The translations under genes and the position numbers were made by a program. A stretch of DNA of 64,000 bases, taken from positions 92,194,001-92,258,000 of the forward strand of contig NC_043003.1 of assembly GCF_006345805.1 (NCBI RefSeq), in the 5' to 3' direction. Below are positions 41,900 through 57,065 of the stretch, in pieces; the stretch's first letter is position 1; every line of letters begins with the position of its first letter. The notes beneath the pieces were generated by a model, which saw only the letters and a program-made list of their open reading frames with translations, did no database searches and was not told where the DNA came from. Origin of the DNA: Octopus sinensis (taxonomy: Eukaryota).

Positions 41900-43099
41900 A
41901 TCTATACATATATATTTATATGTATGTATGTTTGTATGTATGTATTTATGTATGTATCTTGTGTATGAATTTGCTATGAATGGATTAAGTATTGCGCATA
42001 AGTGAATCCAATTTTCACTGTCATTCAGCTATAACACCATGGGAAAAACAGAAGACGAGATGACCAGAGACCAACCGCACTTTCAATTTTCTTTTATACG
42101 AGTTCACCTCCTTCTGGAAGGAAGTTATAATGGGAACAAGGGGTCCTTCACTCCCATGAGTCAGGACTCTCTTTTTCCTAACTGTTGGATGGTCGATAAC
42201 TCTACTGAGTTCACCCGTTCTTTGCCAGGTCACTCTTAGTGTTGCTGGTAACGTGTAACCAGTACAACCTATCGCATAGTTGGGACGTCGGTGACTAAAG
42301 TGGCAGCTCTACTAAGCCAACTTGATGAGCAGGGTAGTTTTCGTTGGATACCGTGTAGGACCGAAAAAAACCCCTTCAAATATACATACATACATACATA
42401 CAGATAATAATAAGTTGACTCATTTCCACATGACTTAAATAGTTGTGGGTGTGTAGGACATGTTAGGACACGCTGGAAGTATCTGACTCTGCTACTATTA
42501 TCTGATGACATGGACGTGTTCGACAGTCACATGATTTCAAGTCATGTGGGAATGAGTTAAGCGGTTATTAAAAGTATATATGCAACTCTTATCAAATTGG
42601 TTGAGCACTATTTTCTTTTAATTGTTATTTTACTCGTTTAACACACACACACACACACACACCACACACACACATATATATATATATAGTTATCCGTAAT
42701 AATGAAGGGTGAAATTAATTAATTTGGATAATTATCATTACACCTAGTAGTCTTCGGCATGCTAAAAGCCTCATTCGAGGAAAATTTAAGTAATACTAGC
42801 AATAAAGGGTTTAGCAACGAATTGACTACCACATACCGAATTTAGAAATAGCAGTCAAAGAGTATAGCTATTTCTTCTACTAAAAAGGGAGATCTCAGTA
42901 AAAAACGATTGGAAGGCAATTGCTGTTTTATACTGAGATCTCCCTTTTTAGTAGAAGAATAGCTATAACTCTTTGACTGCTATTTCTAAATTCGGTATGT
43001 GGTAAGGCAATTCGTTGCTAACCCCTTATTGCTTAGTATTATATATATATATTATATATATTATATTATATATATTATATTATATACATATATATATAT

Positions 43100-43918
43100 A
43101 ATGAAACTGGACCTCTTACTGTCAAGTGTCCCATGATGAACCAACTTCCTCTGTTGTTAATTCTGTAGATGACCTCAAAAACAAAGTCTTTCCCAACTTC
43201 ACAAAACTACCAAAATCACAATTGGCTGTGTGAAAGAGCAATATTAGCTCCAAAATACGTCGCTGTTAACAAAATTAATCAACAGCTAATGCATTCTCTT
43301 CCAGGCACTATACACACTTACAAGTCTCTTGATACAATTCCAGATATAAATGAAGTTGTGAACTATCCTCTTGAATTTCTCAATTCACTGGAGCCTCCTG
43401 GACTACCTCCACACATATTAGTACTTAAAGTTGGAACTCCTGTAATGCTACTCCGCAATCTTGAATCACCAAGACTTTGCAATGGAACACGGCTGGTGAT
43501 AAAGAAAATGATGTCACACGTTATCGAGGCGATCATTCTTTCTGAATATGGAAAAGGTGATGACGTCTTTATTCCAAGATTTCCTCTTACTCCATCAGGA
43601 GCAGAAATTCCATTTACATTCAGAAGACTGCAATTCCCCCTTCGTGTCAGCTTTGCCATGTCCATTAACAAATCTCAGGGTCAAACCCTCTCTTTAGCTG
43701 GTCTTCTCTTGGAAGAGCCCTGCTTCTCGCATGGGCAACTGTATGTTGGCTGCTCAAGGGTAGGAACCAAAAGAAACCTTTTTGTATATGCTCCACAAGG
43801 AAAAACAAGGCACAGTGTTTGCAACGAGGTGTTATAATCTCAACAGCCAGGAGGTATATACATGATCCCATTTTTTTTTAACAAACTTCATTTACTTTCA
43901 TGTATTTATATTATATAC

Positions 43919-43970
<52 letters not shown>

Positions 43971-44036
43971 CCATATATATAACAGAAAAGTCTAATTCTT
44001 ATTGAATGTAACCGGGCAACGCCGGTATCTCTGCTA

Positions 44037-44037
<1 letters not shown>
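43100..44037 (+). mobile_element. Helitron 3' part (Pif1 helicase C-terminus, ORF 43169-43837)
   Basis: ERAILAP, GLPPHILVLKVG, LCNGTRL, QFPLRVSFAMSINKSQGQ, FSHGQLYVGCSRV. Hairpin ACCGG..CCGGT followed by CTAG-T. Confidence 0.93.
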
Positions 44038-44087
<50 letters not shown>

Positions 44088-44323
44088 AGAAATATTAAAA
44101 TTACTAAGTCTCTCTAAAGGAGATTACGCAGCGTTACTGGATATTAATAGTTATCGCCATACTAATATGGCAGTCTAAATATAAGACAAAAGCTGTCGCT
44201 GATTAGCTCCAATGGACGCAGGTTCGTGTGTCATATAGCTAGCTAGAGGCGGTAGCCTCTTGGAGCTAATCAGCGACAGCTTTTGTCTTATATTGAGACT
44301 GCCATATTAGTATGGCGATAAAC

Positions 44324-44358
<35 letters not shown>

Positions 44359-44397
44359 TAGATATAGATATAGATATAGATATAGATATATATACAT

Positions 44398-44443
<46 letters not shown>

Positions 44444-44644
44444 ATATATATATATATTATATATATATATATATATAATATATAATATATATATATAATA
44501 CTATATTTACTACATACATTATATATATGTAATACTTACAATATCTAATAATAAAATGATGTAGCGTGAAACGATCGTATCAAATTCCCGAAGATATTCT
44601 TGTTGCTTATTTTGATTATATATATATATATATATATATCTATA

Positions 44645-46343
44645 TCTATATATAAAACTGAGAATGTGTGTCTGTCTGTCTGTCTGTGTGTTTCCCTAAA
44701 ACTTGCGAACTACACAACTAATTTTATACATGCCTTACTTAGGGTCCGGGGAGTGTCATCGGCAATAAATTTGAACTTTTTGCCTAGGGCGAGCCCACAG
44801 CAATATCATATCTTCTCCACTCTGATTCTCTAAAACTTGAGAACTACACAACCAATTTCATTCAAATTTTACACATGCCTTACTTAGGGTCCATGTAGTT
44901 TCATGGGCAAAAAAATGTTCAACTTCTTGTCTAGGGCGAGCCCATAGCAATATCATATCTTCTCCACTATTTCAGTATTACGTGTAAAAGTGAAACAAAA
45001 ACATTTCTCTTTTATATCAGATACTTTCACTTAACAATAAAAATTAGAGATAATAATAACAATTGAATTATATGTAGTAAGTAATAATTAAAGTCAAACT
45101 AAATTAAATCGTAACATAACAATTAAAAGTAAAAATAGCAATTGGTATAAAATTGCATCAATGACTCGAACTTGAATAAGTGGTTTCACATGAATGGGAA
45201 TAAATTGAAAATAAAATTAGTGTGCAGAAATGGAATAGTCCAGATGGAGCTGTGCACATACCTTTTACCACGGCTTTTACATTAGATTATCTGCTAATTA
45301 GCTAGCATTAAGTATCTATATGAAGTTTGGCTGTATGTAATGTCTGTTTTCTCGAACAGCCGCTTCTACTGAGTACTGCTGTTGGTTTATTTATCATACA
45401 TAAAAGACTATAGCTTCAACTGCGTACTGCTTTTTGATTCACCGTAAGGTTTGTTGTTATTATAACTGTTTAACTATTGTTATCACGTTTGTTGATTCCT
45501 CATAAGGGAAACGTTGTTGTGTTGCATTTGTTAAATAATTGTAAACTGTAACCCTCCCCCTTTAGGAGAAGGAGCTTTGGCTATTGTTTAAAAATTGAAT
45601 TGTGTCCCTGTTTGGGGAAATCGACAATATTTTCACCGTTTATACAGAAGCATTTTTGTTAAAATACCTTCGAAAGTCCAAAAATGAATTTCGCTGCAGC
45701 CGTCGGCGGGCGCGAACTCATTAAAATTAAAATGGAAGAAATACAAACCTATTTTGGATTGATCACCAACAAAGACGATGAATCTAGGATAACACCACCA
45801 AACGAAATAAAAACTATAATTAAAGAAAAGACTATTGTCTATAAAGTATACAATGTAGAGAAAAAAAAAAGATTTGAACACCTGGAGGAAAGCACCATCG
45901 AAAAGTGTCTTGGTGCGACTATGAAAGATATCTAACCAGAGGCGGTAAATTCGCCACAATAGAAGCAAGGTTCGAGTCAACGGAGCGTGCAAGGGAGTAC
46001 TCGACTCGAACCTGGCAAAGTGGAAATATTTTATTTTTATCTTTATATCAGGGACGTAGGACGTCCCGGATAAAAATTTAAAGTGCCCCCCCCCCCCAGA
46101 AGTAGAGGTAGGCTGGATTGTAGCTACTCTTCTATACAAGAGGGAGGACAAGATACAATTGATCGAAATTGCAAGAGACGGGCCTACAATTCCAGCCTGT
46201 TATATATTTTGAGTATTGTTATCACTAGCGATATCAAGATATAACTTTGTATTTTGTATTTTATGTGTAGATGTATATATATAGATGCACATGTAATATG
46301 TACACATATATACACACATATACATGCACTAACACTAATGCTA

Positions 46344-46344
<1 letters not shown>
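44645..46344 (+). mobile_element. Possible non-autonomous Helitron-like element
   Basis: 5' TCTATATATAAAA followed by (TCTG)n, internal approx. 130-bp duplication, CTAG-T at 46341. No clear terminal hairpin seen. Confidence 0.5.
45640..46200 (+). mobile_element. Probable L1/Tx1-like ORF1 5' fragment
   Basis: Disrupted ORF MNFAAAVGGRELIKIK... with higher-complexity coding-like composition; family assignment tentative. Confidence 0.35.
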
Positions 46345-46410
<66 letters not shown>

Positions 46411-46469
46411 GATGACTTTCGTCCCAAAGAACACGATGGCTATTCACCAAAGAGAAAGCGTCAACTAGA

Positions 46470-48520
46470 AGGAAAGTACCAATAAATAGACCGTGCTCTC
46501 TCGATTGGTTTCAATTTATTCGCTTGAGAAACGTCCCCGTCAACGGCTCGATCCTAATGCACAAAGCTAACACCATTTGTGAAGCAACTGGACACGATTT
46601 TAAGGCATCCGAAGGTTGGTTTTACCATTGGCAAAAATGATATGGAATCTTTTTTACACATCTAAAAGGTAAGCTTGTGGTTCACTAGTTCACATTTTTC
46701 TCTTTAGAGAACACAAACTAAACATTTCATACATTACAGGTGATGCAGCTGAGGCTGACGTTGATGGAAACCATCAATTTCGTGAGACAACCATGCAGCT
46801 TCTGTTGAAATCATATCAGCCACAGAACATTTAGAAAGCCGATGAAACTGGGATCTACTTTCGTGCATCACCAGGGAATACAAATGTCAACGAGAGTTAC
46901 AAGTAAACTGTGAGGGGCTTTAAGACGGCAAAGGACCGTGAGACCTTCATGGTAGCCTGCAACATGAATGGAGACAAAATAAGAGTTGCTCTTAATCGGA
47001 AAGATGCTTCAAAAATGTCAAAACGCTTCCGATTCAGTACAACTTTTCAACCAATGCTTGGATGACAGAAAAAATCTATGGAAGATGGCTCAGATCTTGG
47101 GATCGTCGTTTGCAGGAATCTGGATGATAAGTGGTGGTCCTACTTGACAATTGCTTTTCTCATGTAGTCATCGATGATCTCAAGAATATCACTTTAAAAT
47201 TTCTTCCTGCTAACAACGTCGGTGCTGCAGCCCTGTGACATTGGGATAATCAAGACCTTAAAAGCCTTCTTCAGACATGAAATGCGCGAGATCAATGATG
47301 TTATGGAAGACACTGAACGTGACAATTTTACTCAAGAATTTGCAAAGCGGATCACCATTTTGCATGCCATATACATGTTAAGCGTAGCTTGGAAGAAGTT
47401 CTCTAGCCAGACAATCAAACATTATTGGACCAAACCTGGTTTTGTTTCGGCCGAATAATCAAATGAAGCCATAAATGTTAACAAAGATTTGATCCTGCCT
47501 TAACCGCCTACTGGAATGACCAAAATCCAGTTCGAGAACTGGTTGTCTGTGGATGATAGTGCTGTTTTTGCTCCAGAGAGCATCATTGGAGAAGAAAAAC
47601 TAGACGAGATGATTCATGACATTCGGCAACCTGAGAAAGAAATCGAAGCAGATGAAGATGGTGATTCCGACGTTGATGTTGATGAAAGAGTTCTGGAGCC
47701 TGAAATGAAACACTATTCCACTCGATTAGAAAGTGGCCTTGAAAGTTTGGATTTTAGCGGCATGAATCTTTTTAGAACTCTTAAGGAAAAAAATCAATGC
47801 AGAGTTGCGAACAAAGCGTCCAGCAAAGCAAACAACACTCGACAAATTTTTCATTCAATGACAATGTTTATAATGTTTTTATTCGTTTATTCGCATATCT
47901 AGGTATTTTAATAAATACCGTAAATCGTCGAGAATAATCCGCATTTTTCTCCCTAAAATTTAAAGGTCAAAATCCCTAGCGTGTATTATATATGAGGTTA
48001 AAAATGAAAATCATTTTCTAAGCAATGTCCGGGTCTCTATTCGCTGTCCGGCAATGTTTAATCAGACGCATTTTGTTATGTCGGGCGCGAAAATACCTTA
48101 AGCTAAGCCTGAAAGCAATGAAGTCATAAAAGAATCATCCATAAGATGCAGTAAGCAACATTTATCAAACATTATTACTGTTATTTCTTTATTTTCTGCA
48201 AACAAAATGCACAAAAAAGCTACACGTTTACATTATGTTATATATACAATAATAATAAAGGACGTTACCGTATACATTTTTACAAAACAAGGACGGTATA
48301 TAGACCTCCTTGACTCAAGTTAGAGAAGGTATTATACACAAGGTTTAGGTTCTTCAGAGGTACAGCATCCTAAAAATCCCCTGCGTATTATACTCCAGGG
48401 TGGACTATACTCGAGGATTTACGGTACTCATATTTAATCAATTGGCAAATTTTGTTCCCTCGGTTAATAAATCCAAAATAGGCGGTTCAAAGATGGATTT
48501 ATAAAGCGGGGTCTACTGTA
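46470..48520 (+). mobile_element. pogo/Tigger DNA transposon remnant
   Basis: DRALSDWF, FKASEGWF, ADETG, KDRETFMVACN, NAWMT, LLDN, FLPAN..LQPCDIGII; right TIR ...GCGGGGTCTACTG-TA. Confidence 0.9.
47918..48424. mobile_element. pogo-like MITE nested in the Tigger remnant
   Basis: TIRs CCGTAAATCGTCGAGAATAATCC and GGACTATACTCGAGGATTTACGG with TA TSD. Confidence 0.88.
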
Positions 48521-49258
48521 TATATATATACGCCCGTGTGCATCAGTATAACGGCTATAAAGATCGGTGCGTGAAAGAAGGAGCGTGAATGCTTTGCTAA
48601 TCATGTCCCCTGAGATATTTGTTTTGTAGCACCTTACAGGCAATTCACTGTCACCATCACCGTTAGAAATACAGTGAACCAGTTATTGCACTGTCACCAA
48701 TGACACGATACTGGTGTTCGGAAATTGTTATATCAAACAAGTAAAATATTTCAAGATATTGGTGTTAATATAACACGAACGTATTCACAGCCTCCTAAAA
48801 CAATTGCGCAAATGTAGTCGATGTGAATAAATATTTTTCGTTGTTTATCTTTTTTTTTTCTTTTTCAGTAAATTAGACTGCGAGACTTGCAAGATTTTAA
48901 CCGAATGAATCAACTCCAGTACTTATTTTTAAGGCTGGCACTTATTTTCTTGGTTTCTTTTACCAAACCACTAATGTCATAGAGACGTAAACAAACCAAC
49001 GCCGGTTGTCAAGCAGCTATGTGGATATATATATATATTATATATATATATATTATATATATATATATTTGTGTGTGTGTTACTTTGAAAGTTTTTTTTG
49101 CATTTTGCATTAATGCAGGCATGTAATTTATTTATTATTAAACATAATAATATATATTATTGACATGTTTTTAAGTTACGGAACAATTGGTCGTGATATT
49201 GAATCTTCTTTTTGCTAAATAAACTTTCATCAAACCATTTCTCTGTCATTTATGACTT

Positions 49259-49292
<34 letters not shown>

Positions 49293-49300
49293 TATATATA

Positions 49301-49350
<50 letters not shown>

Positions 49351-50754
49351 ATATATATATATATATGCATATATGTATATGTATATAATCATGTGTGCAT
49401 GTATATATATGAAAATGAGATGATGAAGGAATAAATCTTATGAACTTCATTAGCTTACAGCTGTTACTGCTATGAAATGCAGTGGACTCATAGCTGAGTG
49501 CCTGAGTAACATCTTATAGCTACACTCAACTTCGTATACGAAGTGCAATTTCTTTGGGAAAAGAATTACATTTATCCATATATATGGGGAAAAGCATTAC
49601 CAATGAGAAAGCCTATGCAGATGTATATACAAAAGTGCATATCCAAACAGCAATTAGAACTAATAGTTGAAACTATGTATATATACATGTACTCGCGTAC
49701 AGAAATATATGCACGCGCGCGTGTGAATATATATATATGTGTGTGTGTGCGTGTGTGTGTGCGTGTGTGTGTGTTTGTGTCTGTGCGTGTGTGTGTCTGC
49801 GTGTGTGTGGTGTGTATGTGTGTGTAAATATTGATATTTAGCAGATGTAGCAAAATGAGTCAAGGTCAGAGAGTTTCTTGCATTGACACTTATCAACACA
49901 CGAAACTCTCGGACCTTGAATCACTCTGTTACATCTGCTAAATATTAATAAAAATATAAATATACTCATATTTTGAGTTCTATTTTTCCTGTTTGCACCA
50001 CCATTGAATAAACTGGTCTCCTTTACTACAAGCTGTGACCTTGTATTAATATTTATTAATTGGGCAGATCTTGTTTGCTTTTGTGCGCTATTGGTAATAT
50101 ACAGTCATAGAGCAGCGGTAGGTGTCGATGTAATTTACCGCTTTAACACTTATATTTTCAAAATAATGACTAATTTCGTAAAATAACTTGTTATTATTAT
50201 TAAGCCGGTGTCATGAATATAAACTAGCATGAAAGTTTAATGGAAGATTTAAAAACCAGGCGGTCTCGCACAGTTTAATGTCAGAATGGTTAAAAAGCAG
50301 CAACGCTATGGAATCGACAAATATCAGTAAATATGGTATACATACAATAATTATAGCTTAATTGTTATTATAATTCAACGATAGTTATAATCTAGCAATA
50401 ATTATAATATCTAGGGTGGCGTGCTAGCAGAATCGTTACTGCGTTGGCAAAAATGATTAGTGGTATTTCTTCCGACTTTACGTTCCGAGTTTAAATGCCG
50501 CCGGGGTGGACTTAGCCTTTCATCCTTTCGAGGGTCAGAAAAATAAGTACCAGTTAAGCACTGGGGTCAATATAATCGACTTGCTCACTCCTCTGAAATT
50601 GTTGGCCTTGTGCTAAAATTTGAAATCGCTATTTATAATTTCTTAGTGCTTTTACGAAATGATGAAATGAATGCTAATTTTCAAAAGAAAAATATTTATT
50701 ACTTTTCAATAAAATTAAATAAACGAAATTCTTACTTACTCTTTACTCTTTTAC

Positions 50755-51150
50755 TCTTTTACTTGTTTCAGTCATTTGACTGCGGCCATGCTGGAGCACT
50801 GCCTTTAGTCGAGCAAATCGACCCCAGGACTTATTCTTTGTCAGCCCAGTATTTATTCTATCGGTCTCTTTTGCCGAACCGCTAAGTTACGGCGACGTAA
50901 ACACACCAGCATCGGTTGTCAAGCAATGCTAGAGAGACAAACACAGACACACAAACATATACATACATACATATATATACATAAATACGACGGGCTTCTT
51001 TCAGTTTCCGTCTACCAAATCCACTCACAAGGCATTGGTCGGCCCGAGGCTATAGCAGAAGACACTTGCCCAAGATGCCACGCAGTGGGACTGAACCCGG
51101 AACCATGTGGTTGGTAGGCAAGCTACTTACCACACAGCCACTCCTGCGCC
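50755..51150 (-). mobile_element. SINE family A, full length
   Basis: Reverse complement of the 16502-16905 type copy. Confidence 0.92.
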
Positions 51151-51982
51151 TTGTATAACTCCTCACATAATTACTCTGTCATTTCTTTCCTCGTCGTCGT
51201 CGCCGTCATCCTCGTCCTCCTCCTCCCCCTCCTCCTGTTCCTCCTCCTTTGCCTCAAGGATTCTTTTCACAGTGTGCATGCGTAGCGGTCTTTTACTCAT
51301 TGCCTGTCACCAAACCCAGTGCGTGCTCTCAATTTGCACCTCTTATGCTAACTCACTGTATCTCTCTTTTATACTCCCCCTTCTCTCTATTTGATGTAAA
51401 GCACAACTGGAGTAATCAATCAATCGACAAAACCATCCGAACACAACCAACCAACCAGCCAACCAACCAAACAACTAACCAAACCATACACCCACCCAGC
51501 CAAACACCCACTCACTCAACCAACCATGTATGTATGTATGTATTATGTATGTATGTATATATATGTATGTATACACACAGATAGTTATACACACGCATAT
51601 CTTTAACAGCGAATGAGTTAAAATATAAACCAGTTTTAAACTGCACTAAAATAGCCATCTCTCCACTTTTAAAACATTTGCTTACAATAGCTACATTGAA
51701 CAGACAAGTACCTCAACTTCACATCGTCTAACTATGCATCTACAAGTAGAAGTCCTTGGTGTATATTCTATAGTACAACAGAAAAGAAAACCAATTAGAA
51801 AAGCACTCGGTAAATAATTTGTATAGGATTCACCAAATGCTAGATGATTTATACATGGACAACATATGTGAATAGTAAAATATAGCGCGCGCACAGACAC
51901 ACACAGAGTTTCACTTGATTCTTGAGCTCTCTCATATGGCGAGTAGCTACGACCACCTGATCGAAATATGTCTATCTGCCTG

Positions 51983-52079
<97 letters not shown>

Positions 52080-52085
52080 ATATCT

Positions 52086-52912
<827 letters not shown>

Positions 52913-54560
52913 CCTATGACAGCATATAAGTATATAAAAAAAACGGTAAAATCAGGTAAAAACATTTAAGAAATTGTAGAACTAACTTCCTCGGTCACGA
53001 GAGACTATCATTATGTATGTATGTATGTATGTATGTATGTATGTATGTATGTATGTATGTATGTATGTATGTGTATATGTATGTATTATGTATGTATGCA
53101 TTATGTGTATATGTATGTTCGTGTATGTATGTATATATTATATATGCATTATGTATGTTTGTATGTATGTATGTATGTAAGTATGTATGTATGTACGTGT
53201 GTATGTGTATGTATGTATGTGTGTGTGTCTGTCTGTATGTATATGTATGTGTATATGTGTGTGTGTATGTATGTATTAAGCATGTTCTCTTATTCCTTTA
53301 CATGTTTCAGTCATTTGACTGCGGTCATACTGGAGCACCGCTTTGAAGGATTTATTTTTTAAGCTTAACACTTACTCTATCAATCCTTTTTGCTGAACCG
53401 CTAAGTTATGGGGACGTAAACACACCAATACCGATTGTCAAGCAGTTGTGATGGAGGGGTGGGGGTCAAACAGACACAAAGACACACACACATAGATATA
53501 TCATTCAACTACCGTAGTAGTTAAATAATATTCTTAAGGCCGCAATTTACTCACATGCAGCATCTTTCAGAGCTTGTCGCTAATTCAGTTCTTAACCAAA
53601 TGGAAAACCATTAACATTTTTGAAGAGCGCGTGTCCCTAGCTACATTTTGGTTTTAGTCCAGTAGAGAAAAGTTTGCATCAAAATTTGTAGCGAGGTTAT
53701 AGGAGAGTAAGTAACGCCACCAATCAAGTTTAGATCTAAATACCTTTTTTTTTTCATTTTAAAAGCAAAATATATTTATCTTAGTTTCAATGCTAGGAGA
53801 AAGCGTGAAGTATTTCATAGTTTTGATCCCATGCAACAAAAAATTTGTATCCCAAAAGTTGTGAGGTAAGATATCATGAAAAAATTATAAAACAAAAAAT
53901 TGGATCTAAGTAAAATTAACTGTTTTTATTTTAAAAACAAACTATATTTTGATTAAGCTTAAATGATTTTAATTTAATTTGAGTTCAATTCGAGGAATTT
54001 CATGGTATGAATCTCATACAATGAAGTTTTAAAAGAAAAAAGTTATGAGTGTTTGTTTCTTAAATTTGAGGGTGATAACATAGCTCTATACTTTTTTATG
54101 AATATAGTTTTGATATATGTCACCGGCATTATAAAGGTAAAGAAAAAATTATCGACGACACCGCTAATTGACACATTTGACACATTATCAATTATCACAA
54201 TAGCATAGCCTGTAAAAAAAACATGGATTACATGGAAAAATGCGAGCAAGAGAAATAATATTCTTTGGATTATAAATCTGGAAAAGTACAGGACAAGAAA
54301 ACTTTTACTAAAATATTGCAGCTAAAGATAAAATATTTTAATTGAGTTATCTTTTATTTTTAATAGAAATAAGTTATAAGAAATAGAAGTAATAACTTGT
54401 AATAAAACTTTTAGTTTTAATAAAAGCTAATATTTTCTAAATCTAAATATGTAATAATTTATCCTGTAATATTTACCGATGTAATAATTTGTCTTGTACT
54501 TTTCTAAATTTATAATCTTCAGAATATTATTTCTCTTGCTCGTATTTTTCCATGTAATTC

Positions 54561-54610
<50 letters not shown>

Positions 54611-55083
54611 CGACGGGCCTCTTTCAATTTTCGTCTATCAAACCCACTCACAAGATTTTGGACAGGCCGAGGATATATTACAAGACACTTGACCAAGTTC
54701 ACGCGATCCCACTAAAACCGGAAACATGTGGCTAGGAAACAAGCTCATTACGACACAGCCACGCCTGCACCTATATATATATATATATATAATATAACAC
54801 ACGCAAACACGCGCTCACACACACACACAATTACACACTCACACATACGTATTACTAATTTTAGTCTTATCACTGATTACACAAGAAAAAAAACCCGACG
54901 TTCCCACCATCGCTTACAATAACATTACTACCGCTACCACTTTATTGTACCAAACTAGTTTGTTTTAGTATTCCTATATAAAGGAGGAAAAATTTAGGAT
55001 GTTAGCTCATTGCATCATGTTCTTCTTTCACTGACGCTTGGTAAGTAAGATCATTTTTACTTTTTTGACATATTGTTATCGGT

Positions 55084-55246
55084 AGGCGCAGGAGTGGCTG
55101 TGTGGTAAGTAGCTTGCTAACCCACCACATGGTTCCGGGTTCAGTCCCACTGCGTGGCACCTTGGGCAAGTGTCTTCTGCTATAGCCCCGGGCCGACCAA
55201 TGCCTTGTGAGTGGATTTGGTAGACGGAAACTGAAAGAAGCCTGTC

Positions 55247-55300
<54 letters not shown>

Positions 55301-55495
55301 TTGTGCGTTTGTGTTTGTCCCCCTAGCATTGCTTGACAACCAATGCTGGTGTGTTTACGTCCCCGTCACTTAGCGGTTCGGCAAAAGAGACCGATAGAAT
55401 AGACTTACAAAGAATAAGTCTCGGGGTCGATTTGCTCGACTAAAGGCGGTGCTCCAGCATGGCCGCAGTCAAATGACTGAAACAAGTAAAAGAGT
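55084..55495 (+). mobile_element. SINE family A, full length
   Basis: Same head, body and tail as 16502-16905. Confidence 0.92.
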
Positions 55496-55576
55496 AAAGA
55501 GTCCTTAAGCACAGCAACGCACTTTATCTCTCCTTGATCTCTCTTCACGTATGTATGTATGTGTGTATATTCATAT

Positions 55577-55989
55577 ACACGGTGCGATGGGTAAATTATT
55601 GCCATTTTATATTTCTAATTTCGCACATGCGCAATGTTTGTTTTTGTTTTTGTCAGTATAGTAGGGTCAGTTGGGCATCGTCTGTGAGAAAAACAGCTCT
55701 ATGATGCATTTCAATCCGCTAGAAATTTGGAAACTATATACTGTATTGCTTGGCGTTTCGGAAGCTCCAATACGAACATTTCAGAGTGTTTGGGCTTCAA
55801 TCTGAGGACATGTACCGAGAGTGATAAAAATCAATCATCCAGCCAACATCATGGTGTTGAATAAATTTACTCTTTAGTATTTCAAAATATTCTTATGTAA
55901 TTTTAGTAAATATATCTGTTAAAATGAGATATCAGTGCTATTTCTATTTTTGCGTAATTTAGACGACAGTTTAATCACCGCACCCTGTA
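55577..55989. mobile_element. Tc1/mariner-type deleted element
   Basis: Imperfect TIRs TACACGGTGCGATGGGTAAA and TTTAATCACCGCACCCTGTA with TA ends. Confidence 0.65.
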
Positions 55990-55991
55990 TA

Positions 55992-56061
<70 letters not shown>

Positions 56062-56443
56062 TGTAATATATAATATATATGTATGTATGTATTATGTATG
56101 TATATTTGTCTGTATGCGAATATAAATATATATATGTGCTTATATGTATCTTTATATACATATGCATTGAGTGAACTCTCCACACACACACGCACACGCA
56201 GACACGCACATATTCTTTTATTCTTTTCTTTTACTTGTTTCAATCATTTGACTGCAGCCATGCTGGAGCACCGCCTTGAAGGATCTTAGTCAAACAAGTC
56301 AACCGCTTGATTTTTTAAAGTCTAGTAATTTTTCTATCGGTCTCTTATGCCAAACCGCTAAGTTGAGGATAACACATCAACACCGGCTACCAAGCGGTGA
56401 TGGTGTGGAGACAAAGACACAAAGACACACACATATAGATATA

Positions 56444-56483
<40 letters not shown>

Positions 56484-56987
56484 GCTAAACTGGCAAAATG
56501 ACCATTCCGAATATAACTATATATATATATATATATATATCTATATATATATATAAATGCGACAGGCTTCTTTCAGTTTCTGTCTACCAAATCCACTCAA
56601 GGCTTTGGTTGGCCCGAGGCACTTGCCCAAAGTACCACCCAGTGACCCAAGACCATGCGGTAGGAAAGCAATGTTCTAACCACACAGATAAAGAGTAAAG
56701 TTCCTTCCTGAGTCATGTAGACTCATAAAGCCGGTTTCCTGGTTCCATGGTGCATATATTCTCCAATACCGGTCCGTTGCAAGATTACTCATCTTTGCCA
56801 GTTGATCAAACTGAAGCACACCTCCACCTATACATACATACATACATACATTCATACGCATCTATATCTGTATATCTATATATAAAATGAAAAGAAGATG
56901 GAGATTTACGATTGGCATATTTTAATTTATAAACATCATATTATATTTTTATTATAATATAATGTAATATAAATATAAATATTATAA

Positions 56988-57065
56988 TCCTACAATTGTT
57001 TCGACTCAGATCCAATAATAAATTTATAAAAAATCAATGTATTTGGGTAAGAATCTCTTCGGGGA
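56988..57065 (-). ncRNA. Hammerhead-like motif with long stem II
   Basis: TCC-CCGAAGA-GATTC...GAGTC-GAAA-CAATTG-TA-GGA. Palindromic ACAATTGT stem III, GUA triplet, U4C change, only 3-bp stem I. Confidence 0.6.

Noticed and set aside
43169-43837. Host PIF1 helicase gene
   Set aside because: N-terminally truncated, intronless and followed by a Helitron hairpin-CTAG end, so transposon-derived.
44561-44585. GAAACGATCGTA palindromic stem III-like motif
   Set aside because: No recognisable upstream core or stem I.
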